Below, piece by piece: positions 42,715-49,623 of a stretch of DNA of 49,623 bases. The position numbers and the translations under genes were made by a program. Numbering within the stretch: position 1 is the first letter of the stretch; the number at the start of each line of letters is the position of its first letter. The notes under the pieces are model-generated. The model saw only the letters and a program-made list of their open reading frames with translations. It did not search any database and was not told the DNA's origin. Origin of the DNA: a virus (taxonomy: Duplodnaviria > Caudoviricetes); the IMG/VR virus record IMGVR_UViG_3300028585_000031, positions 1 to 49,623 of that record. One strand, written 5' to 3'.

Positions 42715-43170
42715 TTAGCCTGCCGCGAAGACGACGACCGCCACCTTCTTGCCGACGCCGGCGAAGGTGGCCGGGCCCGCCACAACCTTGATGCCCAGCT
42801 GGCGCGATTCCGCCGACACGCTCGACAGGTACGGGCTGGCGCTGGTGGCGCGCGAGTGGCCGCCGGTTTGCGCCGCTGTCGACGCTGCGATCCAGGTGCT
42901 GGTTGCAGCTGCGTCGATGTCGGTTCCGGCCGCGTTCAGGATGCCGACGGTCAGCGTGATGGTCGGCGTGCCGTTGGTGTCGAGGTCATCGGTGATGAGC
43001 AGCGCGTCGACCGGCTTAACGCCAGCTTCCAGGGTGCCCATCTGGATGATGTCGCCAGCGGCCAGCGCGGCGCCAGTGACGTACTCGTACAGCAGACCGG
43101 CCACCAGTGCCGAGTTCAGCGACTGAACTGGAGCTTGACCCAGTGCCGCCTTCGATTTGTAAATTGCCAT
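42715..43170 (-). CDS. capsid decoration/cement protein
   Basis: L.AGD.I.M..L..G....D..L..DDLD.NG.PTITL.VG; AAGGAG SD; immediately after the capsid gene. Confidence 0.75.
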   Translation of the reverse strand: MAIYKSKAALGQAPVQSLNSALVAGLLYEYVTGAALAAGDIIQMGTLEAGVKPVDALLITDDLDTNGTPTITLTVGILNAAGTDIDAAATSTWIAASTAAQTGGHSRATSASPYLSSVSAESRQLGIKVVAGPATFAGVGKKVAVVVFAAG

Positions 43171-43231
43171 GTGAATCTCCTTGAGTTCAGGGAAGCGGAA
43201 CGGGCGAGCCAGGCGGCCCGCCCATCAGCGA

Positions 43232-44350
43232 TCAGGTCGGATCGGCGACAGCGGTGTCCAGGGCGATGACGCCCGAGTCGCGCGAGACGCCATCGATCAC
43301 GAAGGCGGTCTTCTTGATGCCGAAGATGGCCGAGGTGGTGATGACGACCTGGTTGCCGCGGTCTTCCATTTCTTCGTGCCAGTCGAAGCGCAGGCCAGTG
43401 CCGGCGGAACCGAATGCCACGACAGCAGCCTGGCGGCCCAGGAACAGCGCGCGAGCCGATTGCACGTTTGCACCAGCGCCGTAGTCGTTCGACAGGATCA
43501 CCGCCTTGTGCTTGTGCAGGATCACGTCGTTGTACTTGCCGGCGTTGCCCTTGAAGATCGGGTTGTTGCGGCCCTCGGCGGCGGCAGCTGCCTTCTGGAT
43601 GTCTATCCACTGGCCGGTCGCGGTGTTGGTGCGCAGATCGTATTCCTGGTACGGGTGCATCACCACGACGAAGTGCTCTTCGCCTTCGATCATGCAGGCC
43701 TTGATGGCCGGCACGCCGCCAGTGCCGCCGCCCATGGTCTGGGCACGGGTCTGGGCACGGTCGATCAGCTTCAGGTCGAACTTGTCGGCAGCGGTCAGCG
43801 TGGCCTTCGAAGTCGCGGCGCCGCCATGCATCAGGTGCATGTTGTCCGGCGCGACCAGGGCGTTGCCTGCGAAGCCGGCGTAGTCGGTCGAGAAGGTGTA
43901 ATCGCTGTTGGTGCCGCGGCGACCCGACAGGTACATGAAGAAGAGCTCGTCGAACAGGCGCGCCCACCATTCGGTCTGACGCTCGCGTGCGATGCGGCGC
44001 ATGTCGTGCAGGGTGCGCTTGCGGCTCATCTTGCCGCCGGTGTTGACGCCACCACGCATCTGGTCGATGGTGATCTTGTCGGTGTAGTACTTCAGGTCTT
44101 CTTCTTTGCCGCGCAGCAGGTTGTCGCCTTCGACCGGCTGCATCTTCAGCGCCATCACCAGGTCATAGCTGATGGTATCGCCGGCATCGTTCTGCAGTTC
44201 GAGCAGGGTCTGGATGGGGGTTTGCGCGTTCGCGCCCACGCCCATCATCTTCTTGTTGAAGTAGGACTCGCGGCCCACGTCGACGGCCAGGAATGCGCCG
44301 AATTTTTTCACAGCAAGGGGCGAGTTAACACCCACGATAGTTTGCGCCAT
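43232..44350 (-). CDS. major capsid protein (N4-gp56/DUF4043 type, 372 aa)
   Basis: AGD.ISYDL...L...PVEGD..L.G.EE.L..YTD.I.IDQ.R, MHPYQ..DLR, NPIF.G..G.YN.V.LH.H, RALF.G.QA; start ATG 44350. Confidence 0.93.
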   Translation of the reverse strand: MAQTIVGVNSPLAVKKFGAFLAVDVGRESYFNKKMMGVGANAQTPIQTLLELQNDAGDTISYDLVMALKMQPVEGDNLLRGKEEDLKYYTDKITIDQMRGGVNTGGKMSRKRTLHDMRRIARERQTEWWARLFDELFFMYLSGRRGTNSDYTFSTDYAGFAGNALVAPDNMHLMHGGAATSKATLTAADKFDLKLIDRAQTRAQTMGGGTGGVPAIKACMIEGEEHFVVVMHPYQEYDLRTNTATGQWIDIQKAAAAAEGRNNPIFKGNAGKYNDVILHKHKAVILSNDYGAGANVQSARALFLGRQAAVVAFGSAGTGLRFDWHEEMEDRGNQVVITTSAIFGIKKTAFVIDGVSRDSGVIALDTAVADPT

Positions 44351-44380
44351 GGCAATCTCTCTCTCAAAAGTTAAATGAAA

Positions 44381-44396
44381 GAGCACTGCTGCGCTC
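44381..44396 (-). promoter_or_regulatory. hairpin in the capsid mRNA leader (candidate translational operator)
   Basis: GAGCGC-AGCA-GTGCTC on the minus strand, preceded by GGGC-GAAA-GCCC. Confidence 0.45.
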
Positions 44397-44433
44397 AAAC
44401 TACGGTGGGCTTTCGCCCGGTGCTGCTCTCGCC

Positions 44434-44631
44434 TCAAGCGGCCTTTGCTGGCTCGGAGCGGGGATGCTTACGCCGCTCCGGTCCGGTGTACTCGACCTTT
44501 GCGCCAGCGTGTTCGATTCGAAGCCGGGCAAGCTGCCCCGACTTCTGCTCGAGCGTCACGGTCGTCCCGTCGATCGTCAGCGTGCCGCCGACTTTCAAAT
44601 CCATGAACAACCGCTGTGTTTTTCCTGCCAT
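44434..44631 (-). CDS. CsrA/RsmA-fold-like small protein
   Basis: LFMDLKVGGTLTIDG-TTVTLEQKSGQLARLRI aligns by eye with CsrA [34 protein letters not shown]. Confidence 0.6.
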   Translation of the reverse strand: MAGKTQRLFMDLKVGGTLTIDGTTVTLEQKSGQLARLRIEHAGAKVEYTGPERRKHPRSEPAKAA

Positions 44632-45617
44632 CACTCTGCCTCGAATCGTGCACGTTGCGCTGCCGACATACCAGCAATTGCTTTCTCGAATTCGGCGCCG
44701 CTCATCCTGGAAAGGTGATCGAATTCGCCTTCATCGCCACTTGCAGCCGGTGCTGCAGCCGGAAGTCCGCTAAGTGTAGGCGGAATATTGTTCAGATTGG
44801 GGGTTCTGGCGGTCTTTTGGGCAACTTTTTTTTCATCGGCAACAGTTTTCGGCTGTTTTTGCGATGCTGGCGCCGGTTGCGCGGCAATTCCGTACTCGAC
44901 CATCACCTTTTTGTGGGCTTCGGCCATGAACCACTCGCCGGACTTGTCGGCGTTCTTCAGGTTGCCGGCCAGGTGCTTGACCCAGGCGTCGAGCGACTCG
45001 GCCTTCTCGGTGTCGGTGAAGTAGTTGATGCCGCTGTCCTGCGCCGCCTTGACCTGGAAGTTGTGCACTTCGGTGCCCCATTGGGCTTCGCTGGCTTTCT
45101 GGTCGCGCAGCGTGTCGCGGTCGCGCAGGTATTGGGCCTGCTTCGCGGCATAGTCTTCGGGCGACAGGTCGCCGTCCATCAGCGACTTCAGGCTGGTGGC
45201 GTTGGCGGTGTCGAGGTCCTTGAGCTTGGCATCGTACTTTTCGGCCAGGTATGACAGGTCCAGCGCCGGAACGTCGACAGCAGCCGGTGCGGCCGGTGCT
45301 GGCGTGTCGGCTTCGGCAGCAGGTGGCACTTCCGGCGCGGCAGCAGCCGCATCGGGGTCGTCCTCGTCCTGCCCCTGATCGTCGCCCGCTTCGTCATCGT
45401 CATCCTCTTCGGACTCCTCGGACTTCGCTGGGTCGGCGTCGGCGTCGCCCTTCTCTACTGGCGCGCCAGGCAGTTCGACGGCCTTGCCGGCGTCGAGGAT
45501 GGACTGGATCACGGCGTCATGGTCGGCGTCGTCACCCATCATGCCGCGCAGTTCCTCGGCCGAGTTCAGGGCATACGCATCGCGCAGTTCTTGGGTTGCT
45601 TCTTGGGACAATGCCAT
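44631..45617 (-). CDS. capsid scaffolding protein
   Basis: Very acidic N-terminus, IPPTL..LPAA motif, C-terminal F.HL..MSG.EFE.A.A.MS helix pair; between portal and capsid. Confidence 0.85.
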   Translation of the reverse strand: MALSQEATQELRDAYALNSAEELRGMMGDDADHDAVIQSILDAGKAVELPGAPVEKGDADADPAKSEESEEDDDDEAGDDQGQDEDDPDAAAAAPEVPPAAEADTPAPAAPAAVDVPALDLSYLAEKYDAKLKDLDTANATSLKSLMDGDLSPEDYAAKQAQYLRDRDTLRDQKASEAQWGTEVHNFQVKAAQDSGINYFTDTEKAESLDAWVKHLAGNLKNADKSGEWFMAEAHKKVMVEYGIAAQPAPASQKQPKTVADEKKVAQKTARTPNLNNIPPTLSGLPAAAPAASGDEGEFDHLSRMSGAEFEKAIAGMSAAQRARFEAE

Positions 45618-45639
45618 GGGGTTCTCCTGGTTATGGCGG

Positions 45640-48015
45640 TCAGCGGATGCCGTCGGCGCCGGTCATGGTTTCGATGCCGCTCATGGCGCCATCGGCTTGC
45701 TGCAGTTCGGGTAGTGCTTCGGGGGCAGCATCGGCTGGCATATCCATGCCGGCCGGCGCGCCGCCGATGAACACGCCATCCTTCGGCTGCGGGGTCATTT
45801 CCGGCAGTTCACCGGTCTGTTGCGGGATATTCGGGTCTTGCCCGCCCTTATCCTGGTAGCCGGCGCCGGCCAGGATCGCGTCAGCCGTCGGCGTGACGCC
45901 CGGGATGGTAGATACGATCTGCGCAGCCTGCAGCGCCTGGTAGGCGGCGCGCACGCCCTTCTCGACCGCATCGGCCACGGCGCGCTCGGTGTCGGCAGCG
46001 GTCAGTTGTGCCTTCGCCAGCAGCGCCTGCGCTTCGTTCTGTGCCTTGGACACGTCGGCGCGCAGCTTGTCGATGCTCAGCTGCTCCAGCTCGGCGGCCT
46101 TCTGCTGCTGCACCGCCATGGCTTGCTGCTCTTCCGGCGTCGGCTTGCGGCTCGGGTCGGCCTGGCCGTTGAGCTTGCGGATGCGCGCCACCATTTCGTC
46201 CTTGTTCGGTACGTCGGCGAAGTCGATCACCATGTCCAGCATCGCCAGGCCCACTTCCGGCGGCAGCTTGCCCACCAGGTCCATCATCGATTCGAACATG
46301 GCTTGGCGCATCGATGCGCGGAAGTCCTGCTCGGCCACGATGAAGTCGGCCTTGCTGCGCGTGATGTCGTTGACGTATCGGCCTTCGGCCTCGTCGTATT
46401 GGTTGACCTTCAGCCACTCGATCGGCTTGTTCTCGCCGATGATGCGCACTACTTTCGGCGCCGTGTAGAACTGCTCGAGCAGCGACAGCTGGATCTCGGT
46501 TTCGATCTGCACCGCCAGGCGCAGGTTGTCGAAGATGGCGGCGGTGACGATCGTGCCCTGGTCCTGCAGCTTGCCGATGGCCTTGCCGGACATCGATCCC
46601 TCGCTGTTGCCCAGGTTCTGGTCGGTCACGCCGCCCACGTCGCGGATCATCTGGCCATCGAACTGCATCAGCTTCAAGTGCTGCTCAGCCAGCTGTTTGT
46701 CCTGTGAGATTTCCAGCTTCTTGCCGGGGTTGACCGTGATGATCGAGTCGGGCCGAGCCACCTCGGCGCGCAGCTCGTCGATGTCATCAACGGCACCCTT
46801 GTCCATCACAACGCGCACCGTGGAAAGGATGTACAGCGCCTTCGATGCGCGCTTGTTGTAATCCATCTGCGCGTCGCGGATGTCGCGCACCACGCCGTAT
46901 GGCATGCCATCGCGCGCGCGGCGGTAGCACCACAGCGGCGTGTAGGGGAAGCGGTTGTGCTTGTACGGGCTCTCGCCGTCGAATAGCAGCACGCTTTCAG
47001 TCATGATCGCGCATCGCACTTCCTGGCGCACGTGCGAAGCCACCGACAGGAAGCCGTTGCGGTAGGCCTCGGCCATTTCCGGATTCTGCGGGTCCCACTT
47101 CTCGCCGCTCAGGTGAGCCGCTTCCGGGTCGTCCGAGCGGCAAACCTTGCACGGCACCGGCATGCGATACCAGCATTCGATCAGCTTGACGCGCTCGCGG
47201 CCGCCGTTGTCGAAGCCGCCGCCCATGCCGCGGCGCAGCGTGCGCGCGTAATCTCCGGTGCTTTCGCTGTTGACGCGCTGGCCCATGTACCATACGTCGT
47301 CCTCGTCGTTGCCGACCTGGTTGTCGTCGAGCGCGGCCGCGCGCAGCGTGTTCTCGCGCGACGGGATCATGGCGATGGCCTGGTCGAGGTCAACCCAGGT
47401 CCAGCGGAAAACGTAGCGCCCATCCGACAGGTCGAGCTCCTTGCCGTTGCTGTCGTGGTAAATCTGCTTCCAGTCGACGAAGCGCGTGCGCAGCAGCTCT
47501 TCCGACGGGTCGGTGCTGATCCCGTCTTCCATCCAGCCCAGGCCGGCCACCACTTGCGACTTGAACGCCTGCGAGCGCGAGAACGGCGTGCGGTTCACGT
47601 CCGACAGGTACTTCAGCAGCTTCGATTTCACTTCGGCACCGGCTTCGTCAGCTTCTTCACGGGGCAGCACCTTGCCGTCGAAACGGGTGCGGCGCTCGGT
47701 GCCCAGAAGCCAGTTCACGGTCGGCTTGATCTGGTTGAAAACGAGCGGCGCTTGGCCGCGCTCGATAAGCGCCTGTACGTCTTCATCGGACCATTGCAAG
47801 CCGTCGTAGAAGTCCTCGTCGATCGCCATTTCGGCGCGGTTGTAGGACTGCTTGTCGCGCTCCTGCAGGAACCAGTTCATCAGCCGGCCATGCAGCTTCT
47901 GCTCCTTGGCGGTGTCGGCTTCGCTGCGCCGGCGTTTGGCCTTGTTCTTCGGTGCCGTGCCGCCCATGCGGTGCGGGTCGTTGGATACCGTATCGCTTCG
48001 CACGTTCTCGAACAT
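45640..48015 (-). CDS. portal protein (P22-like)
   Basis: DEDFYDG.QW, L..RGQ.PL.FN.IKP.V.WLLG.E, PY.H..FPY.P.W, YGVVR...DAQ...NKR.SK, SGKAI. Confidence 0.93.
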   Translation of the reverse strand: MFENVRSDTVSNDPHRMGGTAPKNKAKRRRSEADTAKEQKLHGRLMNWFLQERDKQSYNRAEMAIDEDFYDGLQWSDEDVQALIERGQAPLVFNQIKPTVNWLLGTERRTRFDGKVLPREEADEAGAEVKSKLLKYLSDVNRTPFSRSQAFKSQVVAGLGWMEDGISTDPSEELLRTRFVDWKQIYHDSNGKELDLSDGRYVFRWTWVDLDQAIAMIPSRENTLRAAALDDNQVGNDEDDVWYMGQRVNSESTGDYARTLRRGMGGGFDNGGRERVKLIECWYRMPVPCKVCRSDDPEAAHLSGEKWDPQNPEMAEAYRNGFLSVASHVRQEVRCAIMTESVLLFDGESPYKHNRFPYTPLWCYRRARDGMPYGVVRDIRDAQMDYNKRASKALYILSTVRVVMDKGAVDDIDELRAEVARPDSIITVNPGKKLEISQDKQLAEQHLKLMQFDGQMIRDVGGVTDQNLGNSEGSMSGKAIGKLQDQGTIVTAAIFDNLRLAVQIETEIQLSLLEQFYTAPKVVRIIGENKPIEWLKVNQYDEAEGRYVNDITRSKADFIVAEQDFRASMRQAMFESMMDLVGKLPPEVGLAMLDMVIDFADVPNKDEMVARIRKLNGQADPSRKPTPEEQQAMAVQQQKAAELEQLSIDKLRADVSKAQNEAQALLAKAQLTAADTERAVADAVEKGVRAAYQALQAAQIVSTIPGVTPTADAILAGAGYQDKGGQDPNIPQQTGELPEMTPQPKDGVFIGGAPAGMDMPADAAPEALPELQQADGAMSGIETMTGADGIR

Positions 48016-48254
48016 TACAGCAGCTCCTTCAGTTCTTCGATGTAGCCGGCCAGGCTCTCGCGGCCGAGATCGACGAGGCGCTGGGCTTCGGCCAGGTCGC
48101 CGTCAGCAATGGCGCGCCCGACAATTTCCAGGCTGTCATCGGCGTCGGTGATCGCCTGATGCCAGGCCAACAGCTTGGTGCTGCCGTTCTGGGTGCGCTG
48201 GCGCGTGGCGAACGCGAAGCGGATATGGTCGAGCAGCACCAAGATGCGGGTCAT
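48015..48254 (-). CDS. hypothetical protein
   Basis: 79 aa, coupled to both neighbours (ATGA and TAATG). Confidence 0.6.
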   Translation of the reverse strand: MTRILVLLDHIRFAFATRQRTQNGSTKLLAWHQAITDADDSLEIVGRAIADGDLAEAQRLVDLGRESLAGYIEELKELL

Positions 48255-48712
48255 ACCTGGACCTCGAAGACAGTCTTACCGTCGATCTTCATCGACAGCT
48301 CGTCGTGGCCGGTGGTCGGACGGTTGGCGATCTCGATGGCCTTCGGCTCGGGCGGCATCTTGAGCAGGATGTCCAGGCCCTCGACGATGATGTCGATCAA
48401 GCGGTACAAGGTGGCCTTGTCGTTCTCGGCGCGCAGCGTCTTGGCCGCATCGAAGCACAGCTTCGACAGCAGCAGCTTGGTCGGGCCGCCGTTCGACAGC
48501 GCGTACTGGTGGGCGTCCTTCATTTCGATCATGTAGGCCGGCGTGTTCGCACCCAGCACGCGCTTGTACAGCAGCATGACAGGCTCGCCGTCGACCCACT
48601 TGTATTCGTGCACGATATCGCCGGTGACCTTCTGGTCGAACACGTCGCCGCCCAGCATGACCATCGACTTGCCGCTTGCGTGCAGCAGAGTTGTCTTCAG
48701 AATATCGCTCAC
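48251..48712 (-). CDS. hypothetical protein between terL and portal
   Basis: 153 aa, GAGG SD before GTG; GL..LL.MPPEP motif. Confidence 0.75.
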   Translation of the reverse strand: MSDILKTTLLHASGKSMVMLGGDVFDQKVTGDIVHEYKWVDGEPVMLLYKRVLGANTPAYMIEMKDAHQYALSNGGPTKLLLSKLCFDAAKTLRAENDKATLYRLIDIIVEGLDILLKMPPEPKAIEIANRPTTGHDELSMKIDGKTVFEVQV

Positions 48713-48724
48713 CAGTACGCCTCG

Positions 48725-49354
48725 CTAATATTTGCCATCGTTTTTCTCTCTTCGCCGCTGGACGGCAAATATATTGCTGCATTGCTTACTGCATGTTTTC
48801 GTGGGTCCATACGCATGGCAGCTAAACTTAGCGCCGCAGCAGATGCAGCTGCGCTCTTCCTGCTTCACCGGTTTTGACCTTGACCTGCAATTGTCAGAAC
48901 AGAACTTTGTCTTGTTCGGGTACGGTGTCTCAAATTTAGCTTTGCAGAATGCGCACGTCTTTCCGTAGAGTACTCTATTTTCCCATGCTTTGTGCCCATT
49001 GGAAACATGATGTTGATGGCCTGCTTCGGTTTTATGCCATGCTTTCGCCAAATGGTTGACTGATGCAAGCTGCGCCAAATTTTCAGCACTCCCTACCCAT
49101 CCACTTGCACGCGAATGCATGGAGAGGTGTTCAGCCGAGGGAATGCATTCAAGATTCTGGATGTCGTTATTAAACGTGTCTTCATCTTTGTGATGCACAT
49201 GGTGATCTGGCGGTATTGGGCCATGAACTGACTCCCAGATCGCACGATGAAGTGTCGTAGGAACACCCTTCCTTCCATAGTTATAAAGAGTGTAATAATT
49301 CCCAGAAAGTCCATATTTATTACCGTTGAAGGTGATGATTTTTTCGCGCGACAT
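48725..49354 (-). CDS. HNH homing endonuclease with C-terminal Zn-ribbons
   Basis: LHR.IWE...GPIP..HHVHHKD.D..NN.I.NL; CxxC/FCS..C repeats; AT-rich; GGAG SD before ATG 49354. Confidence 0.92.
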   Translation of the reverse strand: MSREKIITFNGNKYGLSGNYYTLYNYGRKGVPTTLHRAIWESVHGPIPPDHHVHHKDEDTFNNDIQNLECIPSAEHLSMHSRASGWVGSAENLAQLASVNHLAKAWHKTEAGHQHHVSNGHKAWENRVLYGKTCAFCKAKFETPYPNKTKFCSDNCRSRSKPVKQEERSCICCGAKFSCHAYGPTKTCSKQCSNIFAVQRRREKNDGKY

Positions 49355-49409
49355 AAGGCTCTCCAGATTGGGGTTTGTGCCCATTATATCGCAAAGTGTC
49401 TGCCATAGA

Positions 49410-49623
49410 TTAAGCGACTCTCCAGCTTCCTCGCTTCGGTTTTCTATTGGTACTTGCTACGGTCGTAATGGATGGTCTGTAACCTTGACCGTAGCATCTC
49501 CACGAATCGGCCCCATTAGAAGCCCAGTTGTGCAGCGGCACATTGGTGAACTGGCCCAGCTGCGCGTTCCACTTGCGCTGGTAGGAATCGAGCGCTGCGA
49601 TGCCCTTGGCGCAGCGGTCCTTG
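49410..49623 (-). CDS. terL: terminase large subunit, C-terminal 70 aa (truncated by the window)
   Basis: My translation: KDRCAKGIAALDSYQRKWNAQLGQFTNVPLHNWASNGADSWRCY...GSWRVA*, matching the TerL nuclease end (P.H.W.S..AD.F/WR). Confidence 0.88.
   Translation of the reverse strand, partial: KDRCAKGIAALDSYQRKWNAQLGQFTNVPLHNWASNGADSWRCYGQGYRPSITTVASTNRKPKRGSWRVA

Larger units (their letters stand above)
1..49623. mobile_element. Podovirus-type dsDNA bacteriophage genome or prophage segment (incomplete at both edges)
   Basis: TerL, portal, scaffold, major capsid, adaptors, nozzle and ejection genes with no tape measure or tail tube; ERF/YqaJ recombination module; no host housekeeping genes. 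Confidence 0.95.

Overview
The whole window looks like a GC-rich, short-tailed (podovirus-type) dsDNA phage, cut inside terL at the right edge; no host genes are visible. There are three blocks. (1) 1-10218, minus strand: a Cro-like HTH gene, winged-HTH proteins, a C5 DNA methyltransferase with a near full-length overlapping +1-frame ORF, a DUF1364 nuclease, a structured non-coding leader, a Rha/Ant antirepressor, replication genes, a beta-clamp homolog, a RuvC-like resolvase, a possible Q-like regulator and small ORFs. (2) 10349-16355, plus strand: ERF, an HNH endonuclease, YqaJ exonuclease and accessory ORFs, ending in a ~520-nt highly structured non-coding unit with its own promoter and terminator. 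(3) 16356-49623, minus strand virion module: terL 3' end, HNH, portal, scaffold, a CsrA-like protein, N4-gp56-type capsid, adaptors, a split tail-nozzle gene, tail fibre, papain-like and GNAT enzymes, ejection proteins, two polyvalent proteins (InPase; zincin/ART/PLxRFG) and an Ig/FN3/LamG block. No integrase, CI-type repressor or lysis cassette is recognisable. Best candidates for undescribed biology: the 15.8-16.35 kb RNA with a tRNA-like kissing-loop scaffold, a possible RNA-primed origin paired with an initiator lacking its DNA-binding domain, the two-frame methyltransferase, and the CsrA-like protein beside an AGCA hairpin. All family calls come from motif recognition by eye; no searches were run.
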